A DNA stretch of 44,293 nt from Parvularia atlantis (Eukaryota). The translations under genes and the position numbers were made by a program. Positions 10,061-21,410 of this stretch are shown one piece after another. The notes beneath the pieces are model-generated. The model saw only the letters and a program-made list of their open reading frames with translations. It was not told the origin of the DNA and did no database searches. Each line of letters starts with the position of its first letter. Positions within the stretch are counted from its first letter, which is position 1. The stretch is taken from positions 1 to 44,293 of the forward strand of contig CALSCO010000912.1 in the NCBI GenBank assembly GCA_943704415.1. Direction: 5' to 3'.

Positions 10061-13000
10061 ATGACCGCGCCCTCGGCCGCGTCGGCCGCGGCCTCGGCGG
10101 CGCTGGCCGCGCGCCCGCCGCCGCCCAAGCGCGTGCTCAACTCGCTGTGGCTTAAGGTGAGCGAGGCCAAGGAGTTCTCGGACGGCGCGGGTGCGTCTAG
10201 ATCTCCCGCCCACGCCCACCACGCGCGCCTAAACACCGGCAACGCGCGCGCGCGCGCCCCCAGAGCTCGACACGTTTGTCTCGGTCAACGTCAACCACAC
10301 AGAGAAGCTGCGCAGCAAGACGATCTTCGTCAACGCGACGCCGATGTGGGACGAGGACGTGCAAGTGTGCGTGGGCCCCCGACGCGAGCGCGGCCCTCAC
10401 GCGCACGTGACGCAGCGAGGTGAACGAGGAGCCGCAGGTCGACGTGATCCTGTGGGAGTCGGCCACGCGCTTCAGCGCCGACCGGCCCATCGGCAAGGTC
10501 ATCCTCACGGCCAAGGAGATCCTCGCGGGCGCACCCGAGCCGCAGGAGAAGTGGCTGCCGGTGCTGGAGCGCCGATTATGCGCACGGCGTCCGGTCTGAC
10601 ACCCGCATCCGGCTGCGCAGCTCGCCGTGGCCGACACCGAGGGCACCGTCTCCGGCACGATCGAGATCGCCCTCTTGCTCACGCCGCCCGAGAACAACCA
10701 GTGCAAACTCACCGTCAACCTGCTCAGCGGCACCAACCTCGTCAGCCGCGACGTGAACGGTGGGGCCGACGACCGCACCGCAGCCCGGCTGAACGCACGC
10801 ACTCGCGCGCGCGCTCCCAGGCCTCTCGGACCCGTACATCGTCTTTAGCGTCCTGCCGGATCCGGACGGCGCGTCGTGCCAGTCGTCCAAGATCAAGAAG
10901 AAGACCCTCAACCCCAAGTGGCACCCGGAGACGTTCGAGTTCCCGATGTGCGCGCCGCCCGCCCTCGCCGCCGTGTGCGCCTCGCTCACACGCGCGCACG
11001 CATGCAGCCCTGCGCCCGGCAACGCGCTCGTGCCCGGCACGACCCTGCACCTCACGTGCTGGGACTGGGACCGCTTCACCGACGACGACTTTATGGGCCA
11101 CTGCTCGCTCGACCTCACGCGCGTGCAGACGGGTGTCAAGGTCGGCCGGTCGATCCCGCTGCAGCCCAAGCCCGGTGCGCGCCGTGTGCACGCGCGAAAT
11201 CGCACTGACGCGAGCGCGTGCGCGCAGTCGCCGTGCGCGAAACCGACTCGTCCGGCGTCGCCGGCGGCAAGAAGGACCATCTGTCCAAGGCGCGCATGTT
11301 TGTGCACGACATCCAGACGGTCACGGCCGACATGATCAACACGCGCGTGCCCGGCACCGTGCGCATCAAGTGGAAGTACACGGTGTGCGCCCGCCGCCCC
11401 TGCCGGCGCGCACGCTCACGCGAGCGGTCGCGTCGCAGGAGGAGGTCGTGCTGGACGGGCACCGCTACGACCGGCTGATCAAGGTAAGCGGGGGGCGTTG
11501 CTTGGGCGCGCCCCGTGCCCCCAGCTCAGCTCCGCCGCGCCAGGTCATCGCCGATAAACAGTTCCTGCTGCCAGTCGTCCTCGGCAAGACGTCGAACGAG
11601 CGCGAGGCGGCAGCATGGTGCGTGCGCAGCCGACACGCGTGCCCGGCTCACGCTGCCGGCGCACCAGGGCCCTCGTCAAGACGTACAAGTACTTTGGCGA
11701 CGCCGTGACGTGCCTCAACGCGGTGATCGACCACGAAATCCGCACGACGCGTGCGTCCCTGCCGTGAACACGCGCGCACGCACGCTGACCGACGCCTGGG
11801 CAGTCGATGTCAACACAATCTTTCGCGGCAATTCGATGGCGTCCAAGGGCATCGACGTGTTCATGAAGCTGATCGGTGCACGGCGCAGCGCCACGCGCCT
11901 CGCACGTCTCACGCACGCACAACCCCCCGCCAGCCATGCGGTACCTCCACAACACGCTCGATGGACCGATCAAGGAGGTCGTCAACGGCAAGAAGTCGTG
12001 CGAGGTGCGTGCTGCACGCGGCGCCCCCGCGCGCGCTCGCTCATCGTGTGCTTTCGGTTCGCAGGTCGACCCGACGCGGCTCGAGAAGGGCGAGGACATC
12101 AAGAAGAACTGGAAGCACCTCAAGGCCGCCGTGACGCTCTTTGTCGACGCCATCTTCAGCTCGAGCAGCAAGATGCCCGCGTGCGTGCTCTCTGCGCGCC
12201 GCACGCTGCACAGCCCGTGCTCACCCTCGCCCCGGAAGCGACCTTGTCGCCATCTTCGCGCACCTGCGCCAGTCGGTCAAGACTCGCTTCTCAGACAACG
12301 CGGTCGCGCAGTACACGGCGATCAGCGGCTTCATCTTCCTGAGGCTCTTCGTCGCCGCGACGCTCTCGCCGACGCTGTTTGACCTGTGGCCCGGTGCGGC
12401 CGCCACGTCACACGCCTGCGCGCACTGCTCACCACCGCGCGCCGCAGAGGCACTCGACAAGCGCTCCGCCCGCACGTTCACGCTCGTCGCCAAGACGATC
12501 CAGAACCTGGCCAACCTGGTCGAGTTTGGGCAGAAGGAGGCGTACATGAAGGAGATGAACACGGTGATCAACGAGCGCATGCCCGAGATGCGCAAGTTCC
12601 TCGACGAGATCTCGGTGCGCCACGCGTGCCTCGGTCGTGCGCGCGTCCCTCACACGCGCCCGACGTGCAGACCGTGGGCAAGGCGCCCGGCGCGCCCCCA
12701 GTCGAGAAGAAGCGCAGCAGCTCGGGCTTCTTCACGTTTGGGCGCCGGTCCATGGACGAAGACGGCACGCGGTCCTGGTTCGCGGTGTGCCGCGCGCTGA
12801 CGCATCGCCGTCGCGCGAACACAGCGCCGCAGAGCAACTTCCAGGAGCAGCTCAAGATCGATGTGGCCAAGGAGAGCTCTAAGCTGTTCCACCACTTTGA
12901 CCGCCTGCGCGACCGCATCATCGCCGAGAAGGACAACGAGGTGCGCGGGGCGGCGCGCGGCCGTGCCCGGCCGACGCCGATGCGCGCCGGTGGCGCAGCA

Positions 13001-13079
13001 CATCCCCGACGACCTGCTGCAGGAGATGACGAGCACGCTCGACGAGCTGCGGCCGCTGCACGTCATCCCGACCAAGTGA
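10061..13079 (+). CDS. GAP1-family Ras GTPase-activating protein with two N-terminal C2 domains
   Basis: C2 motifs SDPYIVFSV...[19 protein letters not shown] and [15 protein letters not shown]. RasGAP motifs [12 protein letters not shown] (Arg finger), [43 protein letters not shown]. Stop TGA at 13077-13079. Confidence 0.92.
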
Positions 13080-13231
13080 GCGCTGCCGGCCGCCCTCCCC
13101 GATTTATCTTTGTGTCTCCCGCCCCCGCGCGCGCGTGTGTGTCTTCTTTCTCTCTCCTCTGTGCGCCCTGGCTGGCCGGCTTGGCTGCGCTGTGCGCCCT
13201 GCGGCCGCTGCTTTGATTGCGATCTCGAACG

Positions 13232-13868
13232 ATGGCCGGACTGCCGCCAAAGAACTCGGCCGTGACCGCGTCATCGCTCGCCCTGGGCGACGTCGTCAGC
13301 GACGCGGCGGCGCGCCCGGTCGAGTTGACGCGGCTGACGAGCGCGTTCGACGCGCGCTACGCCTTCGACTTCTTCGACCGGCGCAAGGAGGGCGCAATCT
13401 CGATCAAGGTGCGCCGCGGAGGATGTGCGCGTCTCTCGACTCATCGCACACGCGCGCGTGCAGGACCTCGGCACGCTGCTCGCGCTGCACGGCGTCAACC
13501 CGCGCAGCCCGCGCATCGAGGCGCTCGTGGCGGCCGCGGGCGTGACCGACCGCGTCGCCTTCGCCGCGTTCGAGGCAATCTGCGCCCAGGCCCTGCCCAA
13601 GACGCCGCCCGCCCCCGCGCCCACGGCCGAGCAACTCGCGGCGGCCGTGCGCGACGTCACGTCGTACCTCGCCGCCGCGGCCGCCGACGCCGGCGCGGGC
13701 GCGGACGGGGCGCTGGTCGATTGGGCGCTCGTGCATGGGCCCGATGCGCTGTCCAAGGCCGAGCACAGCCAGCTGCGCCGCCTCGCGCTCACCCAGGGCT
13801 TCGAGCGCGGCGGCCAGGTCGACGTCGAGCGCCTGCTGCTGTCCGAGCCGAGCAAGCCGACGCTCTGA
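13232..13868 (+). CDS. Divergent EF-hand (calmodulin/centrin-like) protein, 2 exons
   Basis: ARYAFDFFDRRKEGAISIK|DLGTLLALHGVNP is an EF-hand loop spanning a GT-AG intron at 13409-13463. Confidence 0.7.
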
Positions 13869-13930
13869 GCACGCGCGCGCGCCACCGCATTGTGCAAACG
13901 CCCTACACAACGAACGAACATGGGTCAAGA

Positions 13931-14736
13931 TCACAGCTGGTCGTCCTGCACCAGCGACGACAACGGCGATGGGTCGACCGCCTGCGACACCACCGGCGCA
14001 GGCAGCTTGAGTGGCTTGGATGCGTTGAGCGAGACCTGCTCCACGTCGAGCGAGACCTGCTCCACGTCCGGCTCGCCGCGCAGCAGCGGCGTCGCTTCGG
14101 TGCTGCGTCGCAGTTGAGCGATCGCGAACACGCAGCGACGGCAGACAGGCCGCACCTCAGCGCGTCCGACACGCCAAGCTCCTTCGCGTCCGTCTTGGGC
14201 TGCGACAGGAACCAGACGCCGATGAGCATGACGACGATGCCGACGGCGATGAACACGCTGCTGAGCGGGCTGAAGCAGACCCACTATCGCGCCGCGCATC
14301 ATGAGCGTGCGCGTGCGCCTGGCATGCGCTGTGCGCACCTGGTCAAAGTAGACCATCGTCTCGATCATCGAGAGCACCGTGAAGAAGCAGAAAAAGATCG
14401 GTACGACGATGCGCTGCTCGCCCGTGGCCAGCGCCGAGTTGAGGAAGACCATCTGGAACACGCCCACGACCGCGAGCGAGCCCTGCGTCGACCGTGGGCG
14501 CGTCAAGTGAGGCGCGCGGCAGGCACGGCCGGGCGCACCAGGATAAAGTACGTCCCGACGTCGGTGAACTGGTTGTCGTTGTACGTGAACGTGGTGATGC
14601 CGATCTCGACGCTATTGCGCCGTTTCAGCGCACGGCGGGCCGCGGCACAGGCGCGACACGCACGCGGCCTTGCCGAGCAGTAGCACGCTGGCGCCTAGTG
14701 CGCCGGCAATCGTCGCGTGGATGAACGCGCGCCACT
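13931..14736 (-). CDS. NIPA-family Mg2+ transporter, 3' half
   Basis: WRAFIHATIAGALGASVLLLGKA, FQMVFLNSALATGEQRIVVPIFFCFFT, AVGIVVMLIGVWFLS. Continues in phase from the 5' half at 18405-19345. Confidence 0.85.
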
Positions 14737-14746
14737 CTGCCGGTGG

Positions 14747-14766
14747 CCCCCCCCCCCCCCCCCCCC
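14747..14766. repeat. Poly-C tract at the left junction of the block interrupting NIPA
   Basis: Run of 20 C. Confidence 0.9.
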
Positions 14767-14784
14767 TGCCCTGCGGCGACGCAC

Positions 14785-15377
14785 GGGCACGCAGATGTAC
14801 TGCGCGTACGCGCCTGTGAAGCTGCCGCCGTACACCTGCGCGGCCCGCTCTCGTTAGCCTCATGACCGGGTGCACCTCCGCAGTGCGCCCACCTTGTCGC
14901 CAGGCTTGTACTCGTGCACGTTCTTGCCCGCGGCGTCGACGGTGCCGGCAAACTGCGCGTCAATGTGCGATGCAGTCAGCCGGTTCACGAGCACGCGCAG
15001 GTACGTGACGTCGCCACAACCTCGGCGCCGGGGACTGCGATGCCCGGCGGGCGACGTGCGGTGTGAGTGCGAGCGGATGCGCTGCAGCGCCGCGCACTGA
15101 ACGGAAAGGGCGGCTTGAACTGGTACTTGCCCTGGACCTGGAGGATGTCGAAGAAGTTGACGGCGACGGCCTCGACGCGCACGCGCACGGCGTCGTCGTC
15201 GACCTGCGTTCGCGTGCGCGTGCGCAGAGGTTCCACACGTGTGACACTTCACGGCGCGACGCGCGCGCGCGAGGGGAGGCGCACGTCGGGCACGGGCCAG
15301 TCGATCGGCCTGAGCTCGCGCACGGACGAGAGCCATCCGTCCTGCACGACGAGCGCGCGCATCGTGGCCGGTGCCAT
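14785..15377 (-). CDS. NADPH:quinone oxidoreductase (zeta-crystallin/MDR family), N-terminal part only
   Basis: MRALVVQ...VRVRVEAVAVNFFDILQVQGKYQFKPPFPFIPGAEFAGTVDAAGKNVHEYKPGDKVYG...GAYAQY. Breaks off in an intron at the poly-G/C tract; the Rossmann domain is absent. Confidence 0.88.
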
Positions 15378-15409
15378 CGCTCAACGCAAACAAAGAATAC
15401 ACCGTGCGT

Positions 15410-16366
15410 CTACGCGTCCCACGGCGCCCAGGTGTGCACGGGGTGGGGCCGCAGCTGCGTCATGGCCGAGTGCATCGCCTTGCCCGTCACGCCCAGCAGG
15501 CCCAGCTCGGCGTAGGGCGTGCGCACGAGCAGGTCCCACTCGGCCGCGCGAGCCGGCGCGCCCGTGCGCACGCGCCACTGCTGCGCGATGGCGCCGAGCG
15601 GCAGCAGCGGCGGCATCGACCGCTCGTGCGCGTGCAGGTTGAGGTGCGTGTAGACGCCGCACGCGCCCACGCGGTCCATCATGAACCGCGCCGTAGCCTG
15701 GAACACGGTCTCGCCCTGCCCCTCGACCTCGGCCGCGCCCTCGGCCACGCCCTCGCCCGGCACGTACAGCTGCACGGCCTCGCGCGTCGCCGCGAGAAAG
15801 AGCTCGACCCGGCGCTCGCGCCCACAGCAGCCAAAGCCGTCGATCGTCGCGCCCAGCGCGTCCATCCGCTCGACGACCGTGTCGACCGCGTGGAACATGA
15901 GCGCGGCACCGCGCGACGACGCCACGGCCGCCTTGGTCAGGCGCGCGTCCGGGCCCTCGTCCTCGCTCGGGTCGAGCATGACGTGCGCGCCCACGACCTC
16001 GCCGTCGCCTGTGAGCAGGATGGTCGAGAGCGGGTCGCGCTGGCTCGCGCGCTGCTCGAGCATGTGCAGCATCATCGTGCGCAGGTCCTCGCGCGAGATG
16101 CCCGACTCGTGCGTGAGCGAGTCGCCCGCGAAGAACGCGTCGCCCACGAGCTCGGCCACCGCCGGCACGAGCGCCATCCCGAGCGGCTCGGCGCGCAGGC
16201 CGCCGCGCGCGAGCAGGGCGCGAGCACGCGCGGCGTGCGCGGGCTTCATCCGCGCGAGCACGGCCTCCTGCTCGAGCCGCACGCGCATCGGCGCCCAGAC
16301 CGCCGCCTCAAACTCGCGCGCGAGCGACCGCTGCCACGCCACCCGATCGATCGCCGGCGCAGCCAT
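15410..16366 (-). CDS. Intronless 318-aa hypothetical protein, possibly GNAT-fold
   Basis: Uninterrupted ORF with coding-like codon use. VAELVGDAFFAGDSLT...LSTILLTGDGEVVGAHV resembles the N-terminal half of AANAT-like GNATs. Confidence 0.65.
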   Translation of the reverse strand: MAAPAIDRVAWQRSLAREFEAAVWAPMRVRLEQEAVLARMKPAHAARARALLARGGLRAEPLGMALVPAVAELVGDAFFAGDSLTHESGISREDLRTMMLHMLEQRASQRDPLSTILLTGDGEVVGAHVMLDPSEDEGPDARLTKAAVASSRGAALMFHAVDTVVERMDALGATIDGFGCCGRERRVELFLAATREAVQLYVPGEGVAEGAAEVEGQGETVFQATARFMMDRVGACGVYTHLNLHAHERSMPPLLPLGAIAQQWRVRTGAPARAAEWDLLVRTPYAELGLLGVTGKAMHSAMTQLRPHPVHTWAPWDA

Positions 16367-16400
16367 CACGCCCCGTGAAGGTCGCAGGGTCGTTTCTGAC

Positions 16401-16465
16401 ATGACGTCCAACGTGCGCGCGGTCGCGGGCGTCGCGGCAACGCAGCGCGTCGGGAGGGCAGCGTC

Positions 16466-16497
<32 letters not shown>

Positions 16498-18291
16498 GGT
16501 CGACGCCGACGCTGCTGCCGGCGGGCCGGCCGAGTGGCGCGGCGGCCGCGCAGGACGGCGGCGGCGCGTCGGACGCTGCGAACGACCAGCGCCAGCCGCC
16601 GCCGCCGCAGCACGACAGCGCAGTCGCACGCGGCGCCACGCCCGCGCGGCTCTCGCGGCAGGCCACGCTCGAGCGCATCGAAGCCTCGCAGCAGCACACG
16701 CTCGACGTCATCTCGTCCTGGGAGGAGAAGCGCAACGCGAACGTGCGGCGGCTGATGGACGCGCTCGCGCGCGACGTGACCGCGCGGCAGCTCAACCTTG
16801 TCGGTGCGCCTCTTTCTCCAGGGGGGGGGGGGGGGGGGGGAGGGCGCTGCTCACGCTGCCGCGCGCGCTCGCGTCCAGAGCTGCACCTCAAGACGGACGG
16901 CCTGCGCCACCTGGCCGAGGCGCTCAAGCGCAACCACGCCCTGCACTCGCTCGTCCTTGGGAGCGCGTTTGGCGGTGCGCGCTCCCGCGCGGCGGGTGCC
17001 GTGTGCCGACGGCCCGTGCGCGCTCAGGCACGATCATCGAGCTCGAGGGCGCGGCGCACCTCGCCTCGGCCCTCGCCGTCAACGCGACGCTGCAGAGCCT
17101 GCAGCTGCAGAGTATGGTGCCCTGGTTTTTGTGGCCGATCACCGGCCCTCACCCGCGACGCCCCGCGCCAGAGTGCGACATCGGCGACAAGGGCATGGCC
17201 CTGCTGGCAGCCGCCCTCGCAACCAACAAGGCGCTCAAGACGCTCGACGTGTCATGTGCGCCGCGGCACCCGCCCGCCGGCGAAGCGCGCGAAACGGTCG
17301 GTCTCAACGCTTCGCCCTCGTTGCAGGGAACCATCTCGGCCCGGCGTCGGCAGAGCACCTCGGCCGCGCGCTCAAGAGCAACACGTGTCTGCTCACGCTC
17401 GTGCTCAACAGTGCGCCCCGGCCGCGCGCGCTCGGGCGCACTGATGCTGACACGCGTGTGCGCGTGTCGCTGGTCGCAGAGAACGCGTTCAAGAGCCAGG
17501 GCGCACAGCACCTCGCCGACGGCCTCTTTGGCAACCGCACGCTCAAGAACCTAAGCCTTGCCAGTGCGTGGTGCCGACGGCTGCCTGGCTCGCGTGCGGC
17601 GTCTCACATCGCCGCGTCAACAGGCAACGGCATCGGGCCTGAGGGCGCCGCGGTCATGAGCAGCGCGCTCCAGAGCAACGGCACGCTGGACAAGCTCGAC
17701 ATGACCGGTGCGTTGCGTGCGGTGGTGCCCTTGCGACGCTGCGTGCCTGAGCATTGCGCTGCCAGGCAACAACCTCGGCGAGCAGGGCGCGCGCTTCTTC
17801 GCCGGCCTGCTCAAGTTTAGCAACGGCCTGACGCACCTGATCTTGACCAGTACGTTGCGCGTCCGTCTGTGCGTGCGTGCACACAACATGTGTCGGCGGC
17901 AGAAAACCACATCGGCAACGAGGGCATCGCGCTCATCGCCGACGCGCTCAAGGTCGACCGCGGGCTGTACTCGCTCGACGTGAGCGGTGCGACCGGCCGC
18001 TGCCTTTTTTTTTTTTTTTTTTTTTTTTGGGGTGCCGCACTCTGACGTGCCCGCGCAGAGAATGGCATCGACTCGGACGGCGTGGCCGCGCTCAGCCAGG
18101 CCATCAAGGTCAACACGACCCTGCGCTCGCTCATCCTCACCGGTGCGCGCTCGGTGTGCAGGCCCGCGGTCGCTCACACGCCATGTGGCACAAATAGGCA
18201 ACAGCATCACGCGCGCCGGCGCGCAGCACCTTGCCGAGGCGCTCTTTGTGCAGTGGGAGAAGATGCACCTGTTGTTTCTCAAGCACCTCGA
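16401..18291 (+). CDS. RNI-like (NLRC3-type) leucine-rich repeat protein, apparently 3'-truncated
   Basis: 28-aa repeats such as NHIGNEGIALIADALKVDRGLYSLDVS and NGIDSDGVAALSQAIKVNTTLRSLILT. The last donor at 18292 runs into poly-C with no acceptor. Confidence 0.9.
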
Positions 18292-18327
18292 GTGCGCCGT
18301 CCGAGCGGTGGCATTTTGACGCTCATG

Positions 18328-18356
18328 CCCCCCCCCCCCCCCCCCCCCCCGCCCCC
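18328..18356. repeat. Poly-C tract at the right junction of the block interrupting NIPA
   Basis: 23 C, then G, then 5 C. Confidence 0.9.
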
Positions 18357-18404
18357 GCGGCCGTCAGGCGGGAGGGCCGCATGCGCCGCGCGTTCTGGAC
18401 GCAC

Positions 18405-19345
18405 CGAGCAGCTTGTCGGCCGGGTAGTCGGCGAGCCAGCTCGGCTTGGCGTCGCCGTGTATGCTGCACCACTCGAGGAACCGCCCGAACGAGTAGCTGA
18501 GGACGACGTAAGCGAGGAAGAAGCACATGTAGACAATCATCGTCGGGCTGCCAAAAAGCCGGATCAGCTGGGCGATGTCGAACGCTGCGAGCGCCCGTGA
18601 GCGTGATGCTGCGTCTGCGCAGGCGCGCGACGCACTGCCTTGCGGCGCGTAGCCAAAGTAGGCGATGAGCACGGCGCCGCCCGCGGCCACCAGCGTCCCG
18701 ATGAGGTCCTTGATCGTGAAGCGCTCGCCCAGCATCAAGTAGGCGAAGAGTGCGTTGAACGCGAGTGTGATCGACCCGAGCGGTGCAACGATGCTCGGCG
18801 GGATGAAGACTGGGAGGTGCGGGCGGCACGCATGAGCACGCCGAGAGGGTGACGGCTGCACGCACTCAGCGCGAGCGGTTGCCCGGCTAGCTGGCTGATG
18901 AGGTAGATCCACAGCCCTGCGCGGGCGCGTGGGACGAGCGCGATTGGGCGCAATCGGACGCGATTGGACGCGGCGCACCGACGTGCCACACGGCCATGCG
19001 GTAGACGGGTGTGCGCTGGGGCTCGGGCAGGGCCTGCTGCTTGGCGTGAGCGTACTTCTGCATGGCCATCCTGCGCGCCGCGTGGTTGGGACGCGCGCCG
19101 CCGCCGCCGCCGCCGCCGCCCCGGTCCGATGCGCACCCGAGCGCCTGCAGGCACGATGCGAGGAAGCAGATGATCACGCCCGGGGCGATGCTCGCGCCCA
19201 GGCCCGGCACGGCCCCAATCGGGTCGCCGCTGGCGCCCGCACGTGTCAGGACGCAGCCCTGCTCTGCGCGGCCGCACTTGTCATCGTAGACCACGAGCTC
19301 GACGAGATCGATGCAGAGCGCGTCCAGCGTCGCGTTCTCCGACAT
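18405..19345 (-). CDS. NIPA-family Mg2+ transporter, 5' half
   Basis: GVIICFLASCLQALGMAMQKYAH, FIPPSIVAPLGSITLAFNALFAYLMLGERF, DLIGTLVAAGGAVLI, typical of NIPA/DUF803. Confidence 0.87.
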
Positions 19346-19560
19346 CGCGAGGCGCGCGGGCTGGGCAGGGCGCGATGCGGGCCGACTGCTGCAGTGATGG
19401 GGGGGCTCTCCCACAGTGCCTACACCGCACTTGTGCGTTGAAACCTATCTGCGGGACGTAATGCGCGGGACCCGGGCGTCACTCCGTCTTGTGCGCGCTG
19501 ACGGTCAGCACGCGCGAGCCGTCTGCCCCGCCGCCGCGCCGCCGCGCCACCGCGCCACGC

Positions 19561-21357
19561 ATGCGCCGCGTGCTCGTGTACCTGCGCGCGATCACGCGCG
19601 ATGAGTGGGTGGCCGTGCTCAAGGTGCGCCGCTCCCCCGCTGCCGCGCTTTGCCGACGACGCGCGCACCAGGAGTTCCTCATGATGTACTGGGCCGCCGT
19701 GCTCGTCATCCCGTCGTCGCGCGCCCTCGGCCCGCTCGCGTACATCGCGCCCTTCCCGACTGGCTTCGTCCGCTCGAGCACGCCGCTCGGCACGCTCTGG
19801 CGGCAGCTGCTGGCCATCGAGATCGGTGCGCCAGCGCACCGGCGCACGACAGACGGCACGCTCACGTCGCGCGCGCACGCAGGCGCCGCCGTCGGCATCT
19901 ACTACGGCGTGGCGGTGCTGTACCTGTTCCCGGACAGCGCGATCGCCCACGTGCGCGCCGCCGCCCGCCTCGAAACGGGCGCTGACCACGCAGTGTGCAG
20001 TGCGCGGGCCTCGCCGGCCTCGTCCTCGTCACGTCGTGGGCGCGCGCGCTGCAGCAGCAGATCTTCTCGTCGGCCTACATCTTCATGGGCCTGCTGGCAC
20101 GTCGCGCGCGGTCGTCTGCGCTGCACTGACGGCGGCGTTCGGCGTCCACAGGCCATCGTCATGGTCAGCCAGGGCGCGACCGCGCCGAGCGTGCCGACGA
20201 TCGCGTGGGAGATGCTCAGCGCGGCATCGCTCGGCGTCGGCACGGCTCTGTTCTTCAACGTCGCACTCTTCCCGCTCTTCGCCACGGCGCTGTACCGGCG
20301 CCGCCTCGCCGACTCGATCAGCGAGGCCGCCGAGATCGTGCGCCAGTCACGCGCGGTGCTGCTGGGCGAGCCGGCGTCGCCCGTGCTCGTCGACGCCGAA
20401 GCCGACGACTTTGTCGCCGCATCTGAAGTCGTGCCGCTGCGACCGCTGCGACCGCACACGCGCCCCTCGCCGTACGGACTGCGGCCACACGTCGGCGACG
20501 ACAACGGCGACGACGACACGCACAACGACGACAGCGGCATGGACGTGCACCTGTGGCAGTCGCCTGTGCGTGACGAGCCGCGGCGACGCGGCAGGCTGCG
20601 CAGCCCCGTCGGCTCAGCCGCCCTGGCAGCGCACCGCGGCAGCGCCATCGGCCTGCTGCCCGAGCGCACCGACGCGACCGCGCCGCTGTTGCCCGGCGGC
20701 GGCGTGCGGCGATCGGGCTCGTGGGCGTCGCCGCTGTCGCTGCCGTCGCCGATGCGCCGCGAGCCGCGCGTGCGTGTGCAGCCGCCGCCGCCGCCGCCGC
20801 GGAGCACGCGCTGGCTGTTCCAGCCGATGCTCAACCTCGCCGCGTCGTACGGCGACACGCCGCCACCGACGCCTGTGCGCCAGGCGCCAATGCAGCAGCC
20901 GGTCGCGCGCAGCCCGATCGACAGCCGCCTGCCGTCGCCGCAGCTCTCGCCGGCGTCGTCGACCGAGTCGCTCTCGGCCGCGTCGTCGTGGTCGGCGCCG
21001 TCGTCGGCCTCGTCGTTTGGCTCGGCGTCGTACTCGTCGTCGTCGGGGCGGCAGCGTGACTCGTTGGGCGAGCAGCTGCACGCGCTGTCGCAGCTCGTGC
21101 GCAAGTGCCAGGCGCACACCGTGGCCGTGCAGGACCGCAGCGTTGAGGCGCGGTACGAGTTTGGCCAGGGCACGTTCCGGCAGGGCCAGGTCCACCTCGT
21201 CGTGACCGCCCACGCCCGCCTCATGCAGCTCGTGATCGCCATTGGCGAGTTTGCGCTGCACCGGCGCAGCCTGCGCGGACACTTTGCCCGCCAGCTGGCG
21301 CACTCGCTCGCGAGCTCGGCTAACGAGAGCCCGCGCGTTTTTCGCGTGCCGGGCACG

Positions 21358-21410
<53 letters not shown>

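Noticed and set aside
14027..14069. 21-bp tandem duplication
   Set aside because: An in-frame DVEQVSL duplication in the NIPA cytosolic tail, consistent with ordinary slippage.
14737..14785. Oxidoreductase-NIPA fusion through the poly-G intron
   Set aside because: The oxidoreductase donor is phase 0 and the NIPA acceptor is phase 1, so the splice is out of frame.
14747..18356. The inserted block as a transposable element
   Set aside because: No transposase, reverse transcriptase or terminal inverted repeats; it holds only ordinary intron-containing gene pieces.
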